The notes under the pieces: model-generated
Database searches by the model: none
What the model was told of the DNA's origin: nothing
Seen by the model: only the letters and a program-made list of their open reading frames with translations
From: an uncultured Planctomycetota bacterium
GTDB taxonomy: Bacteria > Planctomycetota > Planctomycetia > Pirellulales > Lacipirellulaceae
NCBI GenBank assembly: GCA_963719315.1
Contig: CAVRBU010000005.1
Location: 1 to 64,000, forward strand
Direction of reading: 5' to 3'
Length of the DNA stretch: 64,000 bases
In this document: one piece after another, positions 32,698-42,878 of the stretch
Position numbering within the stretch: position 1 is the stretch's first letter
How the letters are laid out: every line of letters begins with the position of its first letter
Made by a program: the position numbers and the translations under genes

Positions 32698-33985
32698 CTA
32701 CTTCGTGGCGCCGAGCGCGAGTGGCACGGGCGATTTTTCCGTCGAGCCGTTGCCGTCGTCTGCCGGGCGCGAGTGGAGTTGGCGGGCGGCCAATTCGGCA
32801 ACCAACTGGCGATTGCTGCGCCATGGCTTCGTCCCTCAACTGGATCGCCTTGGCCAGAAGTTGATTCAACTGGGCCAAATGCTTCTCGATTGCCTCGCGT
32901 TCTTTGGTGATGCCGGCCAGATCGGTGGTGAGCTTCGCCCGTTCCGCGGTCCGCGCGGCCTGCAAAGCCTTGGCGACTTCTTCGGCGGCCGTCAGTTGCT
33001 CGATGTCTTTCTTCAAAGCGTCGATTTCGGCAATCATCGCGATGCGGCGTCGCGATAGCTCATCGAACTCCGCCGCGTAATCGCGAAGTCGGCGTTGGTA
33101 AATCTTTTTGACTGCCTTGTCGATCTGATCGGGCGGAAGCTGCTTGCCATTTTCATCGAGGCCGACTTTTCGCCACGGATCGTCGTCGGCCGTCGCTTCC
33201 TTTCCATTCTTCAAGTATTCGTTGACCGATTGCTTAGGCAGTAGTTGCTTGAGCTGATCGTCCGTCATGCCGGCGAAAATCTCGTAGCGGTCCAGCGGCA
33301 TAGTTTCGTAGATGACCCACGGTCCGCGGCTCGCGGCCAAACGTTTGTATTCGTAGACGGTCGGATCGAGCGGTTGCGTCGGTTGCAATGTCGCCTGTTG
33401 CCCGGCGGCTTGCGTGACGTTGAACTCGCCCAAAAACTGTGGGCCACGCGGAGCACCGTTCGCAGCGGCCTGCTGCGGCGGACCCTCTTCGAACACGTAC
33501 ACGACTGAATCGGCCTTGATGCCGGCGGGAGTCGGCGCGGCGATGTTCACTTTCACGGCGCCCGTCTTCGGGTCGATGCCGGCCGGCGCCACATTCCGCC
33601 ACACGCGGCCGCGGAGGCGCGTCGCAATCAGAAGCTCGTGATCGAGCTCTTCGATGCTGGGGATCGACTTGGCGTCCTCGGCCATCGCCGTCGGCGGCTC
33701 GGTGTTGCGGAGGCGATTGAGAACGGCCGTATCCTTGGTGCCGCGCCGCAAGCCCTCCACGTCGGCCATCGCCTCATCGACTTGCTTCTGATCTTTCTTG
33801 ACCTGAGCTCTCAGCACGCCGTTGATCCGCAACGTTTCGGCCGCGAACATGAAGGCTACCACCGTGGCGATAAAGATCGCCTCGACCAGCAGCACATAAC
33901 CCCAGTGCCAAGTGCGTGCGCCGAGAAAAGCGAACACGAACGACGCCAGAAGGAGCACAGCAACAAGGATGACGGGTAGAGTCAT
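32698..33985 (-). CDS. Membrane-anchored coiled-coil hypothetical protein; frameshift near 32812
   Basis: Two N-terminal TM helices and a C-terminal coiled coil; the corrected frame ends ...PLALGATK at TAG 32698. Confidence 0.7.
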
Positions 33986-34847
33986 GCTCAAAGCAAGGCG
34001 GGGACTATGCGAAAAGGCGGGCGAATTGGCTGCAATTCCTCAACTTTCATAGTAAATGGGCAGAATTGGGGGGTCAAGCAAATCCGGGGCAGCGCGACCA
34101 TGGCAGCAGGTACACTCCGTGTGCCGTCGCAGAACCACCCACACCTGCTGCCCAAATAGGCGAAAAAGACGGCCAAACACTGCTTCTGTTACGGCACTCT
34201 GAGTGAGCCAATCACTACATCCGCCGAATCCTGAACGTCCAGTCGTGACGATTGGACCATTTTTGAGGGGTCCGGCGAAACGAAGTTTTGCACCACCCAA
34301 AATCGGCCTTCCGAGCAATCGTGCGCGAAAACCGAAGCGCTACGCACATAGAGATCACGCGGATGTGCAAAGAATCGAGGAAGGTCGGTGATATAAGTTC
34401 AGACACGTCGCTGCCCCAAGAACTCGCCACGACAAGCCTTACGCCGACGAGTGCCGACATACGAAGGAATTGTGGCACTCAATCAGTTCGGCTGTAGCTG
34501 GGCGCGGAGGTGGTCGCAAACTGTGTGTGTCGTGGTGTCCGTCACTGTTTCGTCCGTTGAGCACCTTAACCACTCAAGGAATACCCAAACCGCCTACATT
34601 GAATACTTGTGAAACTAACCGCTAAAATGGGAGGGTTGCGTACCGAAGGGCTTACTCAAGATGCAGGGCTTACTGAAGATGTTTCAATCTAATAACAAGT
34701 TATCCCGCTATGGCAACACCTGAAAGATTCAATGTTCGCGCACTGCAAGGTATGCGGGCGCATTTCAATCTGCCGTCGGGCCCGAGCCGACCGGGAGCAG
34801 ACTAGGTGATTTCGCTCGCGAACTCCGCGGGCTAACGCAAAATCCTT

Positions 34848-35117
34848 GTGCGGACTTATGCGGACGACGTTGGCCCCCTGTCACCGGAGCAAAAAGCACA
34901 GCTAGCTGTTGAATACATTGGACATCTCATCCAAAGCGGCTGGTCGCCGGATCCGTACCGCGGCGCGCCAGGCGAGTTGGTCGTCCCAAAAGGTTTTGCC
35001 GGTTCGCAGAGCACGACGGCGTCACTGCAGCGGGATAACCAGCCGTTGCATCGGACCGGGGCCGCAGTCAAGCGTTCTTGGTTTCAAAGGTTGTTTGGTC
35101 GCGGCCCCGGCCGCTGA
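34848..35117 (+). CDS. Short cassette-like ORF or gene remnant running into the attC-like site
   Basis: The last third of the ORF (DNQPLHRTGAAV...) is translated attC-like DNA; start uncertain. Confidence 0.4.
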   Translation: MRTYADDVGPLSPEQKAQLAVEYIGHLIQSGWSPDPYRGAPGELVVPKGFAGSQSTTASLQRDNQPLHRTGAAVKRSWFQRLFGRGPGR

Positions 35118-35134
35118 ACGTCGGTCCGTTATTC
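35033..35134 (+). mobile_element. Integron attC-like recombination site
   Basis: R''-like GGATAAC (35033-35039), R'-like GTTATTC (35128-35134), internal perfect inverted repeat CCGGGGCCGC (35056-35065)/GCGGCCCCGG (35101-35110); 102 bp. Confidence 0.7.
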
Positions 35135-35272
35135 CAGCAACTCATGCCTTTTACGGAACGCTTCGGATAATCACCGATTTTGAACCAGCGGTTCCTGTCT
35201 ACGCGTGCGTCAGACGAAACGCCATCCTTTCCTAAGGGTCTAGCGCCAGCCATCTCGAACGTTGCCCTGTGA

Positions 35273-35995
35273 CTACGCACACTGCCCGCCGGTTGCGGCT
35301 CTCGCGACGGACACGGAAATTCGCGTTGCCCAATCCAGGACTGCACGCTGTGCGGTGGTGGGAATCGCAACCTCGAGCAGTTCTTGACATAGAATCGTCA
35401 AGTCCTCGGCGCGGTCAACGTCCGCCCGAACGGGCAGTTCTCGCGTAGCATGCTCGACACTCAGGGAACGACATAGCGTCTCGGCGGCCACAGTGGTGCC
35501 AAATGGAACGGCCTCCCAGACGGCGTTAGGAATGACGTAGTTGGCGCCAAACAAGTAAAAGCCTCCGTCGTGACATCGGCCCATTACGTGACTTGGACGC
35601 GCCGGGTCAGTAGTGATGGACTCGACCGCATCGAGAATTAATTGGGGCGTGATTTGCGGCGAATCCGCGCCAATCGCCACGACAGCATCATGCCAACACT
35701 TCAGTTCAGAAAACACGTTGCTTAACCGCTCACCGAGACCGCCGGTTCCCTGGTGGATTCGCGAAAAGCGCTGCCAGCGCGGGTCCGCCAATCCTGCTTC
35801 TTCTGCAATCGCCCAATAGGCACAGATGTGGTGCGACTCAGCAGCAGATGCGACGGTAGCTTCCACAGCGTCCAGCGATAAGCGATAGAACTCTTCCGCT
35901 TGTTCGCAACCTAGCCCTGCCGCCAGCCGGGTCTTGATGGGTGAGAGACCCGGTGTCTTTACGAACACCGCTAAAGCAGCCGAAGAATCTTTCAT
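35273..35995 (-). CDS. TIGR04282/DUF2064 family glycosyltransferase-like protein
   Basis: AVFVKTPGLSPIKTRLA, QGTGGLGERL, IGADSPQI, DGGFYLFG, DVDRAEDL; ATG overlaps the stop of the upstream gene. Confidence 0.88.
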   Translation of the reverse strand: MKDSSAALAVFVKTPGLSPIKTRLAAGLGCEQAEEFYRLSLDAVEATVASAAESHHICAYWAIAEEAGLADPRWQRFSRIHQGTGGLGERLSNVFSELKCWHDAVVAIGADSPQITPQLILDAVESITTDPARPSHVMGRCHDGGFYLFGANYVIPNAVWEAVPFGTTVAAETLCRSLSVEHATRELPVRADVDRAEDLTILCQELLEVAIPTTAQRAVLDWATRISVSVARAATGGQCA

Positions 35996-36764
35996 CTGCA
36001 TCGGTTCCACAACAGCTTGCCGAATTCCGGGGCGGCCTGCCACCAAGTTCGCCAGAGGTGGACGAGCGTCGTCGTGAGCCAGCCGTGGGTGCGGTATTTG
36101 CGGGCATCGTGGCGATGGCGGCGCCAACATACTTTAGCGGCACTCGATTGTGGTGGGCCGCCCACACCAATCGATGATCTTCACCGCACGGAACCGTTTC
36201 GTCGTATCCGCCCAGGCGCTGAAACGTGTCGCGGCTCATGCACAACCCTTGATCGCCAAACGGCAAGCCAAGGTAGCGCGACCGAACACGGACTCCTAGA
36301 GCGTTTATTCTTACGAGTTTTGGCCCGTCCTCTTCGAACATCAAGTCAAAGTAATGCAGTGAATGTGGACGCGCTTCCAGAGATCGGTCTAATGCTAAGA
36401 GAGCATCGCCACTTACTCGACTGTCCGCGTGCAAGAACCACAAGAACGGCCTGGTAGCGAGCGTCGCTCCGTAGTTCATCTGATGAGCGCGGCTGGCCGT
36501 CGTAGCCGTCCAACAAATGCCGCCCAGCGCATTGTCAACGCGCGTCTGGCCAAGGTCTGAAGGCGCCGATTGAGTGCCGACGAGTACAAGTTCGGCGCCC
36601 GAGCCAATTTCAAAGAGATCGCTAATAAGTAATCGCCACGACACGTCGTCGGGAGCAACTGGGACAACGATCGAGACGTTTCGAAGCAATCCAGAGGTAT
36701 CCGATGGTTCTGCACCTCCCACCGCTACCTGTTGCCGTGAAGTCGCTTCGTAAGGCATCGGCAT
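35992..36764 (-). CDS. TIGR04283 family glycosyltransferase (GT2-like); frameshift near 36108
   Basis: SRAHQMNYGA, LWFLHADS, LPFGDQGL, F..LGGY, ED; the corrected frame gives T(S)ARKY...CR-TGA at 35992. Confidence 0.85.
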
Positions 36765-37118
36765 CGCCTTCTTGCCAAATATGCCTGTGTCGAGCTGCCA
36801 ACTAAATGAATCGCACATTATGCTGTGTGACGAATTTCACGGATTTCAATGTACGCTTCAGGGTATCATCAACGATCGGAGTTCGGATTGTCGAGCCCCG
36901 GATTGTCATTTCGGCTATCGATGGTGTTTGATCGTACTCACACAGAGCATTACGATAGGTTCGATATTTAAGAGCAGGGATTCACCACTCGTATTGAGTA
37001 CGGGTGGGCGTAAGTCGAAAGGAATCGCAATGAAGATCGTAAACAGATTCACAGACAGCACAGTTCGATCATCGTACAATAGCGACAGAATGCTATTACC
37101 CTAAGGAGTCGGCTCGAC

Positions 37119-38294
37119 GTGAAAACTAAAACGGATACATCTAGTCACGCAGTCGAGGCGTCCGTGTATCAGCGCTACGCCAATGCCGCGAATCAAGTAG
37201 AGTCGGCCCTCTGCTGCCCGATAGAATACTCGGCCGATTTTCTGGCGGCGATCCCCAGAGAGATTCTGGATCGAGATTATGGCTGCGGCGATCCAACGCC
37301 CTATGTAAATGAGGGCGAAACGGTTCTCGACCTCGGTTCGGGTGGCGGAAAGCTGTGCTACATACTTGCTCAAGTAGTTGGCCGACTCGGACGAGTCATC
37401 GGCGTCGATTGCAATCACGAGATGCTCTCTCTAGCGCGGCGATATCAACAGGCGGTTGCCGACCGGCTCGGATTCAGCAACGTCGATTTCCGCTACGGAT
37501 TAATTCAGGACCTGCAGCTGGATTTGGACCTTTTGGGACGAGAACTGGGTCAACATCCTGTCCGCGATCCAGTCGACTGGCTCGCAATGCGACATCTTGA
37601 AGAGCGTCTGCGGCGCGAGCAGCCGACGGTCGCTGACGAATCCGTGGATTGTGTCGTGTCCAACTGCGTGCTCAATCTGGTTCGTACACAGGACCGCCGC
37701 CAACTCTTCAGCGAGATATTTCGCGTGTTACAACGGGGTGGCCGAGCTGCAATTAGCGATATCGTTGCCGATGAAGATGTTCCAGAACAGTTGCAGCGCG
37801 ACCCATCTCTTTGGTCCGGCTGCATCTCCGGCGCTTACCGTGAGGATCGCATCCTCGAAGCTTTCGAGGCGGCGGGATTCCACGGAATTACCATTGCCAA
37901 GCGCCAACGCGAGCCTTGGCAAACGGTTGAAGGAATCGAGTTTCGTTCGCTGACCGTGGTTGCCTACAAGGGCAAGCAAGGCCCATGCCTGGAACGAAAC
38001 CAAGCCGTCGTGTATCGCGGACCGTTCAAGAAAGTCGAAGACGACGACGGCCACATTTACCACCGCGGTGGTCGGATGGCCGTGTGTGACAAGACATTTC
38101 GCTTACTTCATCAGCTTCCCTACGTAGGGCTGTTCGACCCAATTGAGCCGCGCGAATCGGTGCCGTCTTCTGACGCGCAACCCTTCGACTGTCGCCGGGC
38201 AAAAAATCGTGACCCCCGCGAAACGAAGGGAGTCAATTACCGCGACACAATTGAGTCGGCTGGCCTGTGTTGCGGGAAGGATGGATCTTGCTGA
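37119..38294 (+). CDS. ArsM-like SAM-dependent methyltransferase
   Basis: ALCCP, DYGCGDP, VLDLGSGGG, VVSNCVLNL, LWSGCISGA, Cys-rich tail CCGKDGSC. Confidence 0.85.
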   Translation: MKTKTDTSSHAVEASVYQRYANAANQVESALCCPIEYSADFLAAIPREILDRDYGCGDPTPYVNEGETVLDLGSGGGKLCYILAQVVGRLGRVIGVDCNHEMLSLARRYQQAVADRLGFSNVDFRYGLIQDLQLDLDLLGRELGQHPVRDPVDWLAMRHLEERLRREQPTVADESVDCVVSNCVLNLVRTQDRRQLFSEIFRVLQRGGRAAISDIVADEDVPEQLQRDPSLWSGCISGAYREDRILEAFEAAGFHGITIAKRQREPWQTVEGIEFRSLTVVAYKGKQGPCLERNQAVVYRGPFKKVEDDDGHIYHRGGRMAVCDKTFRLLHQLPYVGLFDPIEPRESVPSSDAQPFDCRRAKNRDPRETKGVNYRDTIESAGLCCGKDGSC

Positions 38295-38345
38295 TCGTGG
38301 GTTAGCGACACGTGGTCGCGTCTCTCCAAGACGTCTGCCGCAGCG

Positions 38346-38371
38346 GGCGAGCCTCGGAGAGACTCGCCTAC
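38346..38371 (-). repeat. GTAG-type REP-like palindrome
   Basis: Minus strand GTAGGCGAGTCTCTCCGAGGCTCGCC, with a degenerate partner near 38315-38335. Confidence 0.6.
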
Positions 38372-38403
38372 GTGCTCAAGTTGAAACGGAACTCGAGACG
38401 TAA

Positions 38404-39468
38404 ATGGTCGAACTAACTTTGTTGCGAAGCAAAAGCCGGCTTGCGGATCCCGCCGAGCAGCGGCAGATATTGGAAGGCGCCACCCAGTGGCCAGGCTTTA
38501 CGCAGACACTCGCTGACCACGGACTACCGACTTTACGAGCGAGCGGCATCGAGGTGTTGCAAGTCAATGTCGGCAAGCTCTGCAATCAAACATGCCACCA
38601 CTGCCACGTCGACGCTGGCCCCGAACGCCGCGAGATCATGACGCGGGAAACCGCCGAAGCTTGTTTGCGCGCCCTGGCGGCGACCAATATCCCGACCCTT
38701 GATATCACGGGCGGAGCTCCAGAGATGGCGCCCTGCTTCCGACTCCTAGTCGAAGAAGCCCGCCGGCTGCGACGCCGTGTGATTGACCGCTGCAACTTAA
38801 CGATTCTCCTGGCGGCCGGCTTCAACGATCTGCCCGAATTCCTCGCTCAGCATGAGGTCACCATAGTCGCTTCGCTCCCATGTTACCTCGAACAAAACTG
38901 CGACAGGCAGAGAGGCGACGGAGTATTTCAACGATCGATTGAAGCGCTGCGGCGGCTCAATGATCTGGGATACGGCAGGTCAGGCGGACCACTGGAGCTA
39001 TTGCTAGTTTACAACCCGGTTGGTCCCATTTTGCCGCCGCCGCAACGATCGCTCGAAGCCGACTACCGGCGCGAATTGCTCGATCGTTACGGCATCGAGT
39101 TCACCGGCCTCTACACGATCGCGAATATGCCCATCAATCGCTTTCTCGACGATCTACTGCGCTCCGGCGAATATGACCGGTACATGCAAAAACTTGTGGA
39201 ATCATTCAATCCGGCAGCGGCCGAGGACGTTATGTGCCGCACGATGATTTCTGTCGATTGGCAGGGCCGACTTTACGACTGCGATTTCAATCAAATGTTG
39301 GACCTACCGGTCGCGTCGCCATTATCGCAAACGATCCACGATTTCGACCTCAGTCGCTTAGTCAACCGGCGCATCGCGACCGGTCGACATTGCTTCGGTT
39401 GCACGGCCGGTGCAGGTTCAAGTTGTCAAGGTTCAGTTCTCGACCGTAGTGGAGTCATTTCAGTGTAG
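38404..39468 (+). CDS. arsS: Arsenosugar biosynthesis radical SAM protein ArsS family
   Basis: QVNVGKLCNQTCHHCHVDAGP (CxxxCxxC), DITGGAPEM, ASLPCY, YDCDFNQML, HCFGCTAGAGSSCQG. Confidence 0.9.
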   Translation: MVELTLLRSKSRLADPAEQRQILEGATQWPGFTQTLADHGLPTLRASGIEVLQVNVGKLCNQTCHHCHVDAGPERREIMTRETAEACLRALAATNIPTLDITGGAPEMAPCFRLLVEEARRLRRRVIDRCNLTILLAAGFNDLPEFLAQHEVTIVASLPCYLEQNCDRQRGDGVFQRSIEALRRLNDLGYGRSGGPLELLLVYNPVGPILPPPQRSLEADYRRELLDRYGIEFTGLYTIANMPINRFLDDLLRSGEYDRYMQKLVESFNPAAAEDVMCRTMISVDWQGRLYDCDFNQMLDLPVASPLSQTIHDFDLSRLVNRRIATGRHCFGCTAGAGSSCQGSVLDRSGVISV

Positions 39469-39518
39469 TCTTCTCGCTCCGCGAGAAGAATTCCGCTCGC
39501 GAAACGAGCGGACTACAC
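39463..39518. repeat. GTAG-type REP doublet, possibly acting as a terminator
   Basis: GTGTAGTC...GACTACAC ends enclosing hairpins TCTTCTCGC/GCGAGAAGA and TCCGCTCG/CGAGCGGA. Confidence 0.75.
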
Positions 39519-39633
39519 TTCTTAGGCAATCTTTACCGCTACCCGGTGATTGATGTTCTGGACGAAGCGCCGGCTAGATGCTAGTCTCAAAAGCATCAAT
39601 TATCTGCTGGTCGTTGCATCTCAGGATCGACCG

Positions 39634-41514
39634 ATGAATGGAATCGGCGCGGAGGCGCTAACTGCTGGCGGGGACCGACACACTGCGTCGCCTCGCGAAC
39701 GTCGCTGGACGACGCCCGGCGGGATTCCAATTCATTTCCACCTCGGCCCACCTCCTTCCGGACCGGTGGTCGCCGATTTGGCGCCGCTACGGCTCCATTT
39801 GGAGCACAGCCGGCTGAGCTTGCTGCGCGGCTTCGACCAACTCATGTGCCTGGAGGGGCTGACGGACGTCGAGCATCTGCCGCACCAGATCGAAACGGTG
39901 CGCAGGGTGCTCCGCCATTTTCGCGGCCGCGTGCTGCTGGCCGACGAAGTCGGATTGGGCAAGACGATCGAAGCCTGCCTGCTGTTGCGGGAGTACCTGC
40001 TTCGCGGCATCGCCAAGCGAGTGCTGATCCTCACACCGACGAACCTGGTCTCGCAATGGAACGAGGAGTTGCAATCGAAGTTCGGGCTGGAGTTCGTTGT
40101 TCCGCCGCGGACCCACAAGGCCGACTCGCCGGACTATTGGGCAGAGCACGATCGGGTGCTGGCTTCGATCAACTTCGCCAAGATGAAGCGTCGGGCTGAG
40201 GCTGTCGCCGCCGCTCCCTGGGACCTGGTGATCGTCGACGAAGCCCACCACTGCAAGAATCGCCGCACGCTCAATTGGCAACTCGTCAATTCGCTCCAGC
40301 GGCGACATTTGTTCTTACTCACGGCCACGCCCGTGCAAAACGATCTGGTGGAGCTGTACAACCTGCTGACGCTGTTGGAGCCGGGCCACTTGAAGACCGA
40401 ATCGCACTTCAAAAAGCAATATGTCCGCCGAGGCAATCCCCGCGATCCGCGAAACCGCGAGCGGCTCCGCTCGCTGCTCGGCGAGGTGATGATCCGAAAC
40501 ACCCGCAGCCTGGTGCAAATGAACCTGCCGCCCCGTTATGCGCAGACCATACTGGCGGAACCGCAGGAAGACGAAGCACGAGTGTATGCGTTGCTCGCCG
40601 ACTATTTGCGGCGGCGTAAGGCGCTGCCGGCGGACGAGAATGAGAATGGCGAAGTCGAAGTGGGGAGCGATATGCCGGGCAAGGATAGGTCGCGCGTTGA
40701 AAGCGATCGCGGCGCCAGTGACGTCCTACCCCCGCTTGGCCGCCGCCAGCTTGCGGCGCTGCTCACCGCCTCGGGCAGCCACCCGCGAGCCCTCGGGCAA
40801 TCGCTCGACAACATCGCCGGAGACGACCCAGCGGCCGAGGCCATCATCGAACTGGCCGGCCGCATCGAGCGCTCGGCGAAAGACCAGCGGCTGCTGGACT
40901 TGGTGCGACAAAGCCGCGGCAACAAGCTGCTGGTGTTCGCCACGTTTCGCCGCACGCTGGAACACTTGCAGCAGTTGCTGGCGAGCGAAGGGCACGAGTT
41001 CGTCACATTCTCCGGCGCCGAAAGCGCCTCCGAGAAGGACGCTGCCGTCGCCGTGTTTCGCGATTCCGCGCCGATCATGCTGTGCAGCGAATCGGGTGGC
41101 GAGGGACGAAACCTGCAATTCGCCAATACGCTCGTCAACTTCGACCTGCCGTGGAACCCGATGCGTATCGAGCAGCGTGTGGGGCGGATCCATCGTATCG
41201 GCCAGGAGCGCGAGGTGTTCATCTTCAACCTCTGCACGGCCGGCTCGTTGGAAGCGCGCATCCTGAACCTGCTCAACGAAAAAATTCGGATGTTCGAGTT
41301 GGTCGTGGGGGAAGTGGGTTCGATCCTCGGCAACCTGCAAGGCGGCGAGGAATTCGAAACCTTGGTGCTCGATCTGTGGCTCCGTTCGCATAGTGAGGAC
41401 GATCTGTCGCACGCCTTCGACGAACTCGGCGCGTCGATCCTCGACGCCCAAGACGAATACGTGCAGGCAAAGGAACTCGATGAGGCCCTGTTTGGCGAGG
41501 ACTACAATGAGTGA
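39634..41514 (+). CDS. SNF2-family helicase, YqhH-like
   Basis: LLADEVGLGKT, VDEAHH, LLTATPVQN, SESGGEGRNLQF, DLPWNPMRIEQRVGRIHRIGQ; start uncertain (39550 or 39634). Confidence 0.9.
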   Translation: MNGIGAEALTAGGDRHTASPRERRWTTPGGIPIHFHLGPPPSGPVVADLAPLRLHLEHSRLSLLRGFDQLMCLEGLTDVEHLPHQIETVRRVLRHFRGRVLLADEVGLGKTIEACLLLREYLLRGIAKRVLILTPTNLVSQWNEELQSKFGLEFVVPPRTHKADSPDYWAEHDRVLASINFAKMKRRAEAVAAAPWDLVIVDEAHHCKNRRTLNWQLVNSLQRRHLFLLTATPVQNDLVELYNLLTLLEPGHLKTESHFKKQYVRRGNPRDPRNRERLRSLLGEVMIRNTRSLVQMNLPPRYAQTILAEPQEDEARVYALLADYLRRRKALPADENENGEVEVGSDMPGKDRSRVESDRGASDVLPPLGRRQLAALLTASGSHPRALGQSLDNIAGDDPAAEAIIELAGRIERSAKDQRLLDLVRQSRGNKLLVFATFRRTLEHLQQLLASEGHEFVTFSGAESASEKDAAVAVFRDSAPIMLCSESGGEGRNLQFANTLVNFDLPWNPMRIEQRVGRIHRIGQEREVFIFNLCTAGSLEARILNLLNEKIRMFELVVGEVGSILGNLQGGEEFETLVLDLWLRSHSEDDLSHAFDELGASILDAQDEYVQAKELDEALFGEDYNE

Positions 41515-42538
41515 CGCCGTTCAGGAGGACCTGCGGGGCTTCGTCGCCGAGTTGATCGAGCAGAGCGGCGGACTTGTCGATTGGCCGGTCGGCAGCGACC
41601 GAGGTCAAGCCATTCTGACGCCGGAGTTGGCCAAGCGGCAGGGAGTGGCCGAATTGCTTCCGCTTTCATCGCGGCCCGACGGCGAGGGGCTGTTCGTTAG
41701 CCTGGCCTCCGACTTTCTCGACACGATGGAGCATTGGCTCGAGGCCGTCCCGCGCGTCGGCCGATTTGAACTGGCGGAGGTCTATCTGAAACGCGGCGAC
41801 CTCGGCGAGGCGGTGGACCGCGCATTCACATGGCTTAATGCCAGGGTTCGTCTAATCGATAGCCAGCCCACTCGCATTGAGTATCACACCTGGTGGTTTC
41901 ACGTCGGGTTGAGTTCAGAGGATCGTTGGGAATCGAAGCTGGCGATCACGGTCAACGCCCCGGCAGCCGTGGAGGTCGAATTCCCCGACCCGTTCGGGCT
42001 ATGGGAACTTGTGCCGGGCGCGGACGAGTCGGGCAGCACCATCATAAGTTACGAGACGGCGGCCGCGGCAGCTCAGCGACGTGTTCAAACTCTGTCAGCC
42101 CCTTTCTTGGCTCGCATGGACGCCCGCCTCGAACGGGACCGCAAGCGCTTGAATGACTACTATCACGCCCTCCGCCGTGAGGCCAAACAAAAACACCAGC
42201 GGGCGCGCGGGGCGATTGCACCCGACCAGCCAGATCAGCCCGACGATGCGGACCGCGCGGTGACACTCGAACTGCGGCGCAAGCTGGCGGAGCTCGAGGA
42301 GCGCTATGCAATCGAAGCGATCCTGCGTCCGCTCGTCGTGATTCGAACGGACTTGCCCGCTTTGGAGGTTCGACTCGCGGTCCAGCGAAAGCAGGCCCAC
42401 CGCGACCTGGTCGTTTATTGGAATCCGCTCACCAAAGCGTTCGACCCAGTCCGCTGCACCCAATGCGGCCAAGGCGCCTATTCGGCGGCTTTCACCAACG
42501 ACCGCGTCGACGCAGTGTGCGCAAGTTGCACGAAGTAG
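41507..42538 (+). CDS. YqhG-like partner protein with coiled coil and C-terminal Zn finger
   Basis: Overlaps the helicase stop (ATGAGTGA); RLERDRKRLNDYY coiled coil; WNPLTKAFDPVRCTQC...CASC. Confidence 0.7.
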   Translation: MSDAVQEDLRGFVAELIEQSGGLVDWPVGSDRGQAILTPELAKRQGVAELLPLSSRPDGEGLFVSLASDFLDTMEHWLEAVPRVGRFELAEVYLKRGDLGEAVDRAFTWLNARVRLIDSQPTRIEYHTWWFHVGLSSEDRWESKLAITVNAPAAVEVEFPDPFGLWELVPGADESGSTIISYETAAAAAQRRVQTLSAPFLARMDARLERDRKRLNDYYHALRREAKQKHQRARGAIAPDQPDQPDDADRAVTLELRRKLAELEERYAIEAILRPLVVIRTDLPALEVRLAVQRKQAHRDLVVYWNPLTKAFDPVRCTQCGQGAYSAAFTNDRVDAVCASCTK

Positions 42539-42878
42539 AACGGACCGTTCGGCCTACGTGGTGAATCTCAACAGCACGATGCGCCACTCGCGTAGTACCA
42601 ATGGGTCGCGCCCGGCAAGCTCCCGCAGCGATTGCAAAACCGGGCGATAAAATAATTCAGAAAGTTCGATTCCCCGTTACGTTAGTCGCCGCAAATCCTT
42701 GTTGGGTAACCGGTTTCGAACAATTAGAGACAACGGGACACCAATGGATCATTTCTGGCTGGGCTCGCCGCGCGGGATTCCGCAATCTGGAGACTGATTG
42801 ACGACCAACAGGCGATATTGGCGACGTTTTGCGGTATCCGCGGCATAAATCCGAGACGTCAATCCGTACAACTGCCGA

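Noticed and set aside
34215..34700. Possible integrase remnant or ncRNA in the AT-richer gap (includes GGGCTTACT(C/G)AAGATG twice near 34648-34681)
   Set aside because: No recognisable protein motif or RNA family; the short duplication alone is insufficient.
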